Assembly (NCBI GenBank): GCA_965153455.1
Contig: OZ234493.1
Coordinates: 6,200,001 to 6,264,000, forward strand
Origin: Sphagnum compactum
Lineage: Eukaryota
DNA: 64,000 bases
Direction: 5' to 3'
The notes beneath the pieces are model-generated. The model saw only the letters and a list, made by a program, of their open reading frames with translations, made no database searches and was not told the origin of the DNA. Positions 10,575 through 23,400 of this stretch are shown one piece after another (the first letter of the stretch is position 1; every line of letters begins with the position of its first letter). A program made the position numbers and the translations under genes.

Positions 10575-12885
10575 CACCCTCCCTGTGGGCTTCAGCGGGA
10601 CTGCACAGGAAATGCACACGTTTTGCGTTGCGTCAGGTGAGCCTGGTGGGGCCGCGACGGAGGAGCTTGGCAGAAGAATCCACGAATCCACCACCAGGAG
10701 CCCACTAGTTCCCTGATGTTCAAATGCTAGGGAACACCCTGAACGTCAGTCAGGGTTCCCACTGCTCAATGTGATGGGAGAAACTTGTCAATTAGGATTG
10801 GAGGATCTGATCTTGGCTCCACGGTCTTGGTTTGCAGAGGGCTCACTCTCAATGTCTTTGATGTCTGGAGCAACAAGGTTCCTCATGAGTTCAAAGGTGA
10901 TGCACATGAATCCACCACTGGTTGGCACTGGTGCTGTAGCTGGTGTCGCATGACCTGTCTTTGGGTACCTGTGCACAGTTCTGTTTGCCTTGAAAACCTT
11001 TCAGGCCTGTTGCATGAATTGGTGGTTTATATATGAGACCTTGTGTTATTACTAGTGAGAAGAGCAAGAAACAAAGCTCCAGATTTCTGTGAGCTAAAAT
11101 CCTTTTGTTTTGTGAAGTATGTGCACTGACAGGGTGAATCTGTGGGTACTGGGTTGCAGATGGGGAGGTAAGTGAGAGGGATGACAAGTATTTTGCCACG
11201 ATTGGCAACAATGCTATCAGTGTATATGAGACAGAGACAATGGGTCTACTGGATAAAGAGTCAATGAAAGTGGCCAATGTGCTTGATTTCAGTTGGTCCC
11301 CAACTGAGCCTTTTCTTTCTCTCTTTGTGCCTGAGGGAGGTGGTGGCAATTAGCCTGCCAGACTAAGTTTCTAAAGTTGATATCTGCCAAAGGTTCTCAA
11401 AGATTCTATGTTCAGTGATGAGGTTCCCAGATGACAGGTAGATTGACTCTTGCTTTGGAGCTTGCACCTATCACATCCAAGAATTTACTCTTTTTCCAAG
11501 CTTGTCAGTGACCCTCATGTCCCCAGGTGTCACCCCTGACTAATTGATAGATGGGTCTTGCTTTGCTGTGCTGCAGGTTAGTCTTGTGTCTATACATAGC
11601 CAAGAGGACTTGCTACCCAAAAAGAGCTTCAGTATGAGTGACTGCAAGGTGTACTGGCAAAGCAGTGGTGAGTACTTGGCTGTTAAAGTTTTATCTCTTT
11701 TACACTTCAGACTTCTTCTCTTCCACTTGAGTGGAGTGATGGAAGTCAATGTTTCTTCTCTCTCCTGACAGAGAATTGTGAGGAACAGGTTGAAGGCTGC
11801 TGAAATTTCATATGAACTTGTGTTGTGGTGTTCAGGTTGATCACGAGTTACACCAAAACAAAGAAAAGTACGGACACAATATTTGAGCTTTTCTGAATGA
11901 AGGAGCATGACATTCAAATTGAGGCTCTTAAGCTGAAGAACAAGAATGACAAGATTGTTGTGTTTGCATGGGAACTCAAGGGCCATAGGTCTACAATTAG
12001 GGGGAAGCAAGCCAATTATGCCTTTTATTGGTCTCACATTTGGTTACTGCTGTGTCCTGGTAAGACTAAAAAGCATATGAGGGGCAGCTCAACTTATACA
12101 ATGTTAATGAGTTGGAGACAATGCCCACAGCAGAGCATCTCATGGCTACAGACGTGGACTGGGACCCCACTGGCAGGTAAGTCTCACCTTTTTCTTTCAT
12201 CCACTTCTCTCTCATACACTTTCTATCTTCTCCTTCCAAGCTGGAGGCAGTGATCACAAAGCTAATTTGAACCTTGTATTTTTCTTTTCTTTTCTGAGGT
12301 AGAAATTAGCTTGTAGCAACATCTCATATAAAGACTGATTAAAAAAACACACCCAACCAATAGCCAGAGGCCCAACTAATATACTAATGCAAAGGTGATC
12401 TAATCCCAAATTGGATAATGAGGAAATCCTAGGATTCATTCTCAGGCAAAGTTTACTAGAAAATAAGAGAGTGACATGGCCTGTTCTGGAAGTCACTATA
12501 CTTAATTATGACCAATTTAAGGACAAGAAAGCTGGAGTGTGATATTTTACATCTTTTACTTATGGATACTCTTGTACTTCAGTTGTTGTGGCACCCAAGA
12601 CCATTGACACTTCTAACAGCAGAAGACACAGTTGGGGATTGGCCAAACACTTTGGAAATACAGCAACAAGTATGAAGTAGAAGATGCTGATGCAACTATT
12701 GCCATGAGTGCCTAAGATGTTGAGAACCATCAAATTTACTTGACGGATGGAAAGGCTGGCTGTCACTGTGGAAGACCTGGCTTCAGGATGAAGCTAAGCA
12801 GTGCATAGAGCTTCACAATGGTGAAGCCAGTGATGAGGAAGAAGAGTATGAGGCTGAGGGGATGGAAGTGGAAGAGAGATTATAG
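10575..12885 (+). pseudogene. eIF3B: Eukaryotic translation initiation factor 3 subunit B (eIF3b/PRT1) pseudogene, C-terminal half only
   Basis: Exon remnants: 10838-10964 (NVFDV...EFKG...GTGAVAGVA*PVF, TGA in place of W); 11160-~11362 (DDKYFATIGNNAISVYETETMGLLDKESMKVANVLDFSWSPTEPFLSLFVPEGGGGN*PAR, donor mutated to ctaagt); ~11577-11687 (SDCKVYWQSSGEYLAVK); ~11836-12176 (KNDKIVVFAWELKGHR, internal deletion, ELETMPTAEHLMATDVDWDPTGR); 12583-12885 (LLWHPRP...KYEVED...GEASDEEEEYEAE). A very diverged upstream remnant may lie at about 10575-10715. Multiple stops, frameshifts and deletions. Confidence 0.9.
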
Positions 12886-13949
12886 CCATTGGGAGGACAT
12901 GGCCATTATCCAACATAATTTGCACTTTGCAGCAAACATTCTGCTACATTGTTACAAACTTTGTAGACTATTTGCTAGATCTCCCAATGTTGTTACATGT
13001 GCCTGGCCAAATGGCAGGTGGTCATGTGTTGGGTCCGAGCAATGACCATTATGACATAATTTGCACTTGGCAGCAGAGATTCTGCCAGATTGAACCAGGA
13101 ACTTTGTAGAATATTTGCTAGACTTCATGATGTTTATATGTGAATGTTGCATGCATTAGAAAGAGCAGTTGACCTGTAATTGACCCTAAGAAACTTAAGA
13201 TGAAATGCGGAATCTTCCCTGAGTGACAATACATGTGGAAAAGAATTGCTGAATGTGTTCAGCCAGGGTGAATCAGCCCTCCAATGGTTTCAAACACAAC
13301 TCCAATTCTGCTGTTGTAACCAAATTTTAATTTTCTCTCCAAGGCCAGCTTCTTGATCACTAAGTATGGGGTAAGGCTCCCCATGGACAGTATACCACCA
13401 TTAGCTCCCAGCTATATTTGAGGAGCTTGCCCTTGGTAAAACCTTGTTCAAAATAGTTACATATAGGAAAATCTAGTTGTCAAAGACCCAAGTACACCTG
13501 TGTAATACCCTGCAGGCAAAGAGGCCTTACAAGCCAAATGCCCTCCTACAAGGAGTTACAACTTTAGCATCTTTGAGCCAAGGATGACCTAACAACATCA
13601 CTACTACAAAACTTGTCCATGTTCCATCCAACATTGAGTGGGAAAGCCCCATTTCCACCCACATGGATTCTTAGCGGAAGTCGTGAGTGATTTGGAATGC
13701 ATGACAAGGTGTCCATTATGATTCCACCATGCACCACTCCCATCCATTGAAGTCCACCAATTTTCATTAAAAATCCATTATGAATCCATTAAAAGTTCAA
13801 TACGAAATGCATTAATAATCCACTATGCACACATTCAAGTGGAAATGATGCACTAAACAACCACGGGTTAGTGGTTTGGATGAGCTCCTTTCCACTTGGC
13901 CTAATTTGGGTGGAAGTGCACAATGGTTTAGGGATAGGTTTTGTAATAG

Positions 13950-16900
13950 TGCATAAAGTAGCTTGAATTTAATACACTACTAAGTACAATAGTGAATGTA
14001 ATCATGTAAGGAATTCCATGGACAAAAAACTTAAGATCTTTGATCAAACCTAAAGGTTTAACAATGGTTTGATTTGCCATGTGTAAATTGTAAAGTGTTG
14101 ATTTTGGTTTTGATAAACTTAACTGCACACATAGCTTATCAGTAATGATATTAACTCCAAAACCTCCATCTAGGAGAACATCTTCAAAGAAGTTTCTTCC
14201 TACTTTAACCTATTTAACTGCCATTTAATGATCAATTACTATTGAAACAATTGTAGGTTCAAATGAAACATGTTTTGACGGCATTAAAAATGTAATGTTT
14301 TAATGTTAGGTATGACCCTCATAACAATCAACCCAAATTGAGAGTATATTTGGTCTCCAAGACTTTTGTGATGATATCCTTCAATATTTCTTCCAAAGTT
14401 TTTTATAACGTCACCAATTGTGATATCATTAGTTGTGAAAATATGTCACTAGTTTGATTGTTTCCAACTAGTTGATTAACATTGGTAGCCCTATGCAATC
14501 ATGCCTATCTAGATAGTAGTGACTCAGTTGAAGTCATAGGTGGTTGTTTGTCATTTCTACCACACTATATTTGTTTTACAATTTCCACAAATGAGTCACA
14601 TAAACGCTTCTACATTTTCCTAGTCAGTTATCCTTTTAACTTTGATTGGTTTTTAATCTTTCAACACTTATTATTATGGTAATTGATTATGGGCAATTAT
14701 AGTAGTTATTGAATTAACTATAACATTATCATGTTTAGGAGGCATAGGTGTTGTACTAAGGTTAACCAATTTGGTTCAAAACATGTTTTGTCTCCATATC
14801 GATGATCAACATTGGAACAAATGATAAAAGGATAACAAAAGGGTATCCTAATAAGTTTAGCAGGTTGCACAATGATTCTTACTATTGGTTATGTAGATTT
14901 AAATATGTCAATTGGTACTACTAATACCTAGGTGAATGCATGGTTGAATGTTTCACTTTTGGTGTCACAATGGTCATTTCTATGGGTTGCATTGTGTTTA
15001 AATGCTTATAGTGAATTCGGTGAAAGCACATTACAATGACCCCCCTTCGGAGCACTTTTGAGTCTAGTATTATAATACATATAGTATAATTGTTTCAAAA
15101 ACATGATACATTTAATTTTGGGTATCAATTTTGGTTTTTAGGCCATAAATAATTATTTTTACAAAACTAATCTTATGTAGAATTATTTTTAAAATAATTC
15201 TGAATTTCATTATTTATATTGAAGGATTCATGAGTATATTTATAGTATACATTAGTATAATAGGGCCACAGTTTCATTTTGACTGCACTAATTTTAGAAT
15301 TCCATTAATCATTAAAATAATCAATTTTAATGAAATAAAAAAAATGGCCCATCTAACTATGTTTTTCATCTTCTATGTGGATGTGATTACTTGTCAAAAT
15401 TAGAATTTACCAAACATTTATCGCATCCTTGTTCAAAAAACTCATTCTTTGAGATGAAAATTTTCAAATTAGTCACATGGTTTCCAAGCATGGTTCATAT
15501 TATGTCAAATGACATGGTTCATTATACCTTCAACTTTCATAAAGACTAAAATCATTTAAATTATTTTTGGAGTATATTCATGTTTTTGAGTACACATGTA
15601 CAATACATTCATTTCCACAAATGTACTCTAATCTCCCACTTTATAAAATGAAATGAAATAATTTTTATTATAATCTTTTGCCTAGGTTATATTTTAACAT
15701 AATGTGCAAAAATATTGTGAAAATATTTCAAAAGTTTGAGGTGGGAGACACTCAAACATCCTTGGAAAGTAATACAATGTGACACCCCAAAGGGGGTCAC
15801 CATAGTGTGCTTTCACCCAATAACATAATTTTGAATTTGTCAATTGAAAATTGGTAATACATTTAAGTGATGATTATGAACACATTTGTATAATTATATT
15901 TTTAAAATAATGTATTCATTATCGATGATGGACTTTTGAAGTTAAAAAATATGGATTAGTCATTTGATTAAATTATTAATAAATTGAAAATTTTATATCA
16001 AATCCCATTCCAAAATGTAAGTAGTGACTAAATATGCCTTGAAGAATGAAATAATAAAACTAGGTGTGAAATACTTTTGTTTGAAACCTTAACCAAATGG
16101 TAGTTATGGCCTTTTGAAGGGTCCATATTGAACCTAATTTTCAAAAGTCCTTTTGAAATGGAATTTTTGTTGTTTTTGAAAAAAATGTGTTTAATGAACA
16201 TGTTGTTAAAATCTTTACATTGGCCTTCATTCATATGGACTTTATGGGTTTTTTATTAGAAGTTCCAAATGGCATCCACCATGACAAATGACATCAACAA
16301 CTTTTGATATAATTTTTGACATGAGTTTAGGAGGTTTCATAGGTGGGTGAACATTTTGTAGTGAAAGATTACAATATTGAAATTTTAGAAATAAATAGCC
16401 ATGTCCATTTGATCATTTATTGAGAATTTGTTATGGACTTGTATGGAATTTATATCTACCAAAATGAATTATTCAACCATGCAATCACCCACCTTTTTCT
16501 TCCAAATATGACAGGTATTAAGAATACGACATGTTTTACCACAATTAGTAAAAGTTGAAATGAATTTAAGTATAAGAATAGGTACTACAAGTTTACGATT
16601 ATATTAATCTTTAGTGTGGTTAATAAGACATTGTAACTCACACCAACATGTCCATTTTCTTCGTATACTACTACAACTTCTTTATGTTCTATCAAGGTGT
16701 TTCATTTTATACCTATTATTGTTAATTGTAAATAAGGTAGCAAACTTGTTATAAGCACAATGGTAATGAAGACATATGTTGCCTTAAACTATAAACAATT
16801 TGCTAACTTCAATAGCAATTCATAGTAAACCTCCATTTGTTAAGTAGTTTAATGTTGAATGTCTCATAGTTGTATATAGACTTCCTTGTCATTCTTCACA

Positions 16901-19263
16901 ACTCGGAATTGTTTACAAAAGCTTTGTTCCAATTTTTCAATGTGTAACTTAGATGATCTTGAACAAAATTTTCATCCCATTCAAAATGTTATTTACAAAA
17001 ATGAAACCAAATAAGTTGATGATGTCAACTTCCACAATTTCGCCATTAATTAACTTTCTTGAATATTCTAATGTGAGCATTAGGGTCAAGGTTTTCACAT
17101 AGGTTGGATATTGCAACTTAGTTGCTTGTTTTGGTACAAGTTATGCAACAATTGGTAGACACCACAGTGGCATAAACATGCATGGATCAAGTGTTAGCCG
17201 TCCAAATGATTGACAAGTGGATTGAATGGCGGTCCTTTAGGTGGATTTTGTTTGGGTGAACTTCTTTCAAGTGAATCTTTAGGTTGTCCTCCATTCAATG
17301 GATGATGAGCAAAACTTCTTTTTGGTACATGTGTTGGCAAACCATCATTAGTTCAATGCATTTCAATATTAATTGGTGCAATGGTTATCATTGAGGTCCT
17401 CACCTACTGTAAAACATGTCCCGTGTTTTTGTTAATGACTAACTGAACCACTATAGTATATTAATTACCAACAATATGTGGTGTTGGTATTGGTTGTATC
17501 ACAAGTTACTTTGATACTAAATACATGTATATAGGTAAATAACTTGAGCAATTCCTAAAAATCAAAGGATCAAATCCTTTGGTTGTAATATGATATAGAT
17601 ACATGCTAGGATCTAGAGGTATGTAAGGGGGTATGACATTATACGACATTGGGTATGTGGATGTAGGAAAAAGGTTGGTTTGATTTAATACAAATGGTGT
17701 AACAGATGGTTGCCAAGCTAGTTGATAACTAATTGGTATTATTATGTGACCAATGCTTGGATACATGACTTGAATTCTTTACACATGTACATTGGGTAAT
17801 CCAGTTATGATACAATTTCAACACCATGAGTCCTCCTAAAACTTGTGTGTTTTGAGGAACATGTAACCTTCCTTTCGACAAATAACCAATTTGGTTGGCT
17901 AGGTGGTGTTTCGGTATATTGGCCCTTGTTGAACAATAATTGGTATTGCTTGAGGTTCTACCAATTCCAAATGAAGCATGGAAATTGATTGGTTGGAAGG
18001 TCTTCAAGCAATGTGACAAACTTGTTACAACCAACTTGTAAGTTGGATTCATTCCATCTTTAATCTGTTGTCATTAGATCGATGTTGAAATCCGGTTCAA
18101 TATCTTGTAGCCTAACATAAATTGTTGTTTGTGTTGGTGGACTTGTTATGGGTATGAAATAACTAAAGGTTGTAGATCACCACAATTGTCATGTTAAGAC
18201 AATTTCATCAAAATTTTGAACAGGTTCATTGTTGTTGCCACCATTGTGAGTATTCATTACCTTTTGTTGGGATGAAATTTGTGATGTCACATGATGAATG
18301 TTTGAAGGTATTGTTGATTCTTTATGCACAACTTATTTGGCTAAAATTTGATGTTGAACTTCGGCTTCTACCTATTATGTTGCCTCCATGATTAGAGTGT
18401 TCACCAACTCATTTCACAATGGTTGCACTTGTTGCTCGTCTTCCATTTGTGCAAATGGAGTAGGTTGATGTATAACCTACTCTAGTTGTTTCTTAATACT
18501 TCTTATAACTACTATTGACATTTTTCATGAAATCAATAAATTTTGAAGACAAATTTTCCATTGTTTCTAAAGACAAATCCAAATTGATTCCATCCAATAA
18601 CCAAAGATTTAAAATAATCCCTTTTACATATAAGACATTTAATTTCCTTTTAAAACTTTTGCACTAACCTTAACCTATTTCTTAATGTTTTCAAAAATAT
18701 TAATAAAAATAACAACACTATTTTTATTTTAAAAAATAGGCTTGAAATTACACATATAATAATCTAAACTATCTAAAACAAATATATATGATTATAAACA
18801 TTGGTGATTACAATTTTGATCCATTGCATGGTCGTCAAATGTTAATGGAATCTTTTGTTAATTCCCACCTAGATTAATGTAATTTCTACTTTTAGGAACA
18901 AAAATTGATTATAACAACATATACATTTAGAAAAAAACCAAGATTCTATGTATTAATCAAAGCTTCAAATCAAAATGTATTCATAAGTTGTAAAATAAAA
19001 AAAAATTTGAAAAATAAAAATTCCAATGATTTTCTCCTTGTCCATCTTCATTTATATAAATGTTAATTCAAATTCAAAGAATCTAAATTAGACCATTCAA
19101 ATAATAAGTAACCAATATTAAGATAAATAACCAAAAGAAAAAAAACTACATGTTCACAACTATGTGTTATGTTAACTACATGTTTTGCCAACTACCTATT
19201 CTATCAACTACCTATTGATTTGTCAAGTACTATCACCGATTCACAAACAAAATTTGGGTAACA
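13950..19263 (-). mobile_element. Degenerate, 3'-truncated Ty3/gypsy-like LTR retrotransposon (LTR, PBS, gag, protease remnants)
   Basis: The minus strand at 14225-13950 reads VKVGRNFFEDVLLDGGFGVNIITDKLCVQL...LHMANQTIVKPLGLIKDLKFFVHGIPY, a retroviral-type aspartic protease. A gag-like remnant lies at about 16620-17130 (FCKQFRVVKNDKEVYIQL...EVYYELLLKLANCL). A candidate TG..CA LTR at 18840-19263 is followed on the minus strand by PBS-like TTTGACGACCATGC. There are many stops, and no RT or integrase was seen. Confidence 0.7.
15015..15821. mobile_element. Non-autonomous TIR DNA element (MITE-like, about 800 bp) nested in the retroelement
   Basis: Imperfect ~35-bp inverted repeats, attcggtgaaagcacattacaatgaccccccttcgg and ccaaagggggtcaccatagtgtgctttcacccaat, around an AT-rich non-coding interior. 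The TSD is unclear. Confidence 0.7.
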
Positions 19264-19699
19264 CACTCTTATGGTCATGATGATGAAGTAAAATAGTGTG
19301 GTTTTAAAAAACATGTTTGCGGAACAATGTGAGCCATATTGACATAGCCATGTGCGGTAGTCTCAATTTTTTAGACTTGCATTAGGGATATTCGAGTGTG
19401 ATAAGGTTATTAGGGGTTTTTAACTTTCATGCTAGAATAAGGAATAATGAATATGTATGGTTGTGTGGGGGGGGGGGGGGGGTTGTTTTATTTTTCGAAA
19501 TACAATATTGGTGAATAAGGTGTTGGGTTAGTTCTTTTATTCAATAAAAAATTGGTAACCATAGTTTTAAAATCTCAGTTGCGTAAGTAGGGGTGAGAAA
19601 TCTTTAGAGGGTTGAAGGTAGAAGCAGACACCAAAATTCGTGGTGTTCAGCAAAACATTGGTCTTGTTCTAGTATTTAGTGAGTAGCAAGGATGTTTGA

Positions 19700-20450
19700 G
19701 ATTCATGAAGCAGTTTAAGGGGTGTCAATGAAAGGTCCAATAGAGATAGAACAATCTTCAAGCCTTATAAGCATAAGATTAATTCGATACAACTTAACTA
19801 TTGAATAAACAGTGTGATAGTGTGGCAATGGCAACATGAGTTTCATAATGAATGAAACGTTTATTCAGATTATGGATAAGTTCAACGAGGAGCTGCAATT
19901 ACATGTTGAGTCCTGGGCTATGCCATAGTGATAGTTCATTATTGCAAGATATCTGGGATGTGTCAAATGGTGTGAACTAGGTAGTCCACCTTGCTATTAG
20001 GAGGCAATCGATGAATCGGATCGCGCAACCAACGATAATGTTCAACGCCGAAAATTGAAGACTATGCGAAGATAGAGGTCTCTTTAGTCTCGTAACAACC
20101 TTCACACACGATTTCAGGTTTATCATTAGAAATGGGGTTGACTTGTAACAAAATCACCAAGGTGCGAGAGTTCGGAGAAATGCGATAATACCAAGATCGA
20201 AGGGGATCAACTTCAAGACGAGCGAACATTTCTCACAGTTCATGATCTTCATCATGAGGATGTTGTGTCAATGTCAAATCTAAAGATGACTCCGGAGCTG
20301 GTTCTTCATTCACTTGTGCAACTTGAGGCCTGTAAAATGTGGCCATACCCGACACCATAATTTCAAGGAAAGGAAAAAAAATCTTCAATCAAAATCAAAT
20401 CGGCAATGAATGTGTGGAGGACTTGTTACATCGAGATGCGTGGTTGTAAT
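19700..20450 (+). mobile_element. Possible Ty1/copia gag remnant
   Basis: Broken coding-like stretch MDKFNEE...W...LQDIWDVSNG resembling the copia gag N-terminal pattern KFNG..W....LWDVV.G. Heavily decayed. Confidence 0.3.
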
Positions 20451-20600
20451 TTATAGGTCAAGGAGAAGGAAAGAAATGTGTAAGTAATGACCTAGAACCA
20501 TGGTAAAGTAAAACCTTAAGATCAATGAAAAAAATGAAGGTTTAAGTAAAATTTGTTGGGGGGAAAGTGGGAAGAGGTGAAAAGGTGTTTCTCCTTCTAC

Positions 20601-20694
20601 TTCCATTGGCCACCAAACAATGGAACCTTTCAAGGGCACCAAGCAATGAAACCTTCCAAAAGCCACCAAACATTGGAACTTTCCATTGGCCATC
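20601..20694. repeat. Minisatellite, about 3.5 x 27 bp
   Basis: ttccattggccaccaaacaatggaacc / tttcaagggcaccaagcaatgaaacc / ttccaaaagccaccaaacattggaact / ttccattggccatc. Confidence 0.75.
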
Positions 20695-20957
20695 GAGTTG
20701 GGATCTTCTTTCACCTCCTTCCTTCTCCTTCTTTTTAAAAGGCAGATTCGAGTCATTTGGGGCTCTTTTTTTTCGGACATAAATTTTGATTCAAGTCTTG
20801 AGAATACTTGTTCCCACAACCTTCTTTGGGAGGAAAATAATGATTAATCTTGGTAGATGGTGGAAAGAGAGAAAATAGATTGAATGGTTGTGGTATTTTT
20901 GAAAGAATGGAAGTGAGTAAGGATGGTGTTGGGAGCTTGGAATCTTACAAAAATTTC

Positions 20958-21702
20958 ACAAACTCTCTCGGGTTTGGTAGCATAACTTTTTATTGGTTTA
21001 GGTGCAGAGCTTAAAATTTGGTGATAAGGTGAGCTTTGTAGTTAAATTTCTAATGAACTAAAACAAGCCAAATTTGAATAACGTATGTGACGGGAACAAT
21101 ATTTTGAGTGACTGAAGGTCTGCAACCAAGTTGAACTTTCTACCTTTGTAAAACCTTCTTGGGTTTGGTAGCACAACTTCTTACTAGTTTGGGTGCAAAG
21201 CTTAGAATTTGGTAGCAAGGTGCACCTTGTAGCTAGCTTTCTAATGAACAAGACAAGCTAGATTTGGACAATGTATGTGATAGGAATAATATTTTAAACG
21301 ACTAGAAGTTTGCAACCAAGTTCAACTTTCTACCTTTGTAAAACCTTCTTGGGTTTGGTAGCACAACTTCTTACTAGTTTGGGTGCAAAGCTTAGAATTT
21401 GGTAGCAAGGTGCACCTTGTAACTAGCTTTCTAATGAACAAGGCAAGCTAGATTTGGACAATGTATGTGATAGGAATAATATTTTAAACGACTAGAAGTT
21501 TGCAACCAAGTTCAACTTTCTACCTTCATAAAACCCTCTTGGGTTTGGTAACACAACTGTTTATTAGTTTGAGTGCAGAGCTTGGAATTTGGTAGGCAGA
21601 CGTGTCTTATAATTAGCTTTCTAATGAGCTAAAACAAGTTAGATTTGGATAATGTATGTGATAAGAATAATATGTTAAGTGATTGGAGGTTCGTTGCCAA
21701 GT
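20958..21702. repeat. Tandem repeat, about 4 x 190 bp
   Basis: aactttctacc recurs near 21134, 21324 and 21514. The two central units are nearly identical and the outer units are more diverged. Confidence 0.95.
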
Positions 21703-22545
21703 CGAGCATGACATCGAATCCTTAAAAGTTGGTTTAAGTGGGTGACAACTTAACATAAAATTCTAGGATTTGGAATGTTTGATCATATAAAATATATCTA
21801 TCAATTCCAAATCATGAATGATGCATAAGAGGTAAGCTATTTGGTTTCAACTACAAACGCAATTTAACATCTACAAATACACTTTGTATATTTTATTATT
21901 TTCCTTCACCAGTAGCATATGTACCTCTGAGTATAATCATCTCATAGAACCGGAAATAGAGGGACAAAAAATTGTCTCACAAACAAGGAAACATCTTAAG
22001 GCTTAGGGAACTTTGATACTAAATATAAACATTGAATTTAAAAACCTTTTTATGCACTACTACCAAACATTATCATTATATTTAATATCCAAGGTTTTAA
22101 AGATTTGCTATTAAGTTACCAAGTTCCCAACATTTCTTTAACATCATGTTGCCACCAATTGTCATGCAAGTGGTCGCAACCTCATATTTTTGGTGTGAAT
22201 CTCTCATGTTTTGAAATTTTCTTAACATTGGCTTATCGACTACTTACCATTAGATCTAAATGAACCTTAAGGGAAGTTTTTAGTTTGAATTTTGAATTTG
22301 CCCTGAAAAAAGGCATCATTCAATGAGGTGTTGGATAACATACGTATTACCTTGGTAGCTTCAACATGTTTTATTGAATCATTAATTATTAACGAAAAAT
22401 CCATGTCAAAAACATAACATTTTTAAACATTCAAAAAGATTCTTAATTTCCCTTCACAATATTTGGTTCTTTAAATTTAAAAAAAATTGTTGAAAAATCA
22501 ACACTTTTACAAAATAATATAATTAGTCTCAAGCTACCAAGGTTA

Positions 22546-22744
22546 AGGTGCATTCACACTTGGTGTTAGGGACTCTAGGGTCGAGTCCCCCTAACACCAT
22601 GCTAGCCATTTAGGACTTAAACCTAGTTGCCATGAAAATTTTATGTTAAGCTAACATTCACTTAACATTGAGCTATGGGTGCCACCTAGAATGCCACCTA
22701 GATTTTCACTTAACACTGACTTAACATCAAGTGTGAATGCACCA
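22546..22744. mobile_element. Tourist/PIF-Harbinger-like MITE, about 199 bp, upstream of CK2-beta
   Basis: TIRs ggtgcattcacacttggtgtta and taacatcaagtgtgaatgcacc (1 mismatch in 22). TTA flanks both sides (22543-22545 and 22745-22747) if one mismatched terminal base is included. Confidence 0.8.
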
Positions 22745-23400
22745 TTACTATGGTAGCCAGGTAAAAGTTCCTTATAGTACGCACTTCACAGAGTAGTGTA
22801 TGGGTAATAAGACTGTGAGTACACAACGTAGTTATTATGTACGTAGCTTTGTGTGTGCGTGGATGAATGTTGTGTTGAGGTTTGCAATATGTGCCTCCGC
22901 CCTGCCCACAGGCTCTCTCTCGATGCTTTTGGTTTGCTCTTACCCAGCTTCGCCATCTCTGCTTGCCCGGGGGCGCGGAGAGCACCTCCACCCGCTCTCC
23001 TCTGCCCCTCCTATTCTCCCCTTGTCGCTACCTGGATTCCGCGATTTTTATTGTCCGCTTCTACTTTGATCTCCGCTTCGGGGGCTTCGGGGATTGAGAG
23101 CAGTTAGGAGGGAAGTAGGGAGGGAAGCAGGCAGGGGGGAGAGGGTTGAGCGCATAGGAAGAGGAGGCGGAGGAGAAGCGACACGGTAAGCGAGAATAGG
23201 GTTTTGGAGCAGGCGAAGCGGTGGGGGGAGTTTGGGCTGAAGGGAGAAGGGGGGAATGGGATGCATGTATTCAGAGCGAGTTTTGATATGTTTGCAAGTA
23301 GTTGAGGGACGTGTGTGGGTGTAGTCCAGGTGGATAGAGGGAGGAGGTGTGTGCATTGGTGTGTCAGGGTCGTGCGGAGAGCGAAGAAGTATCGAAGGAC

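Noticed and set aside
10788..10976. Minus-strand 62-aa ORF as a possible first exon of DSK2
   Set aside because: It has no ubiquitin-like similarity and is the antisense of an eIF3b exon remnant.
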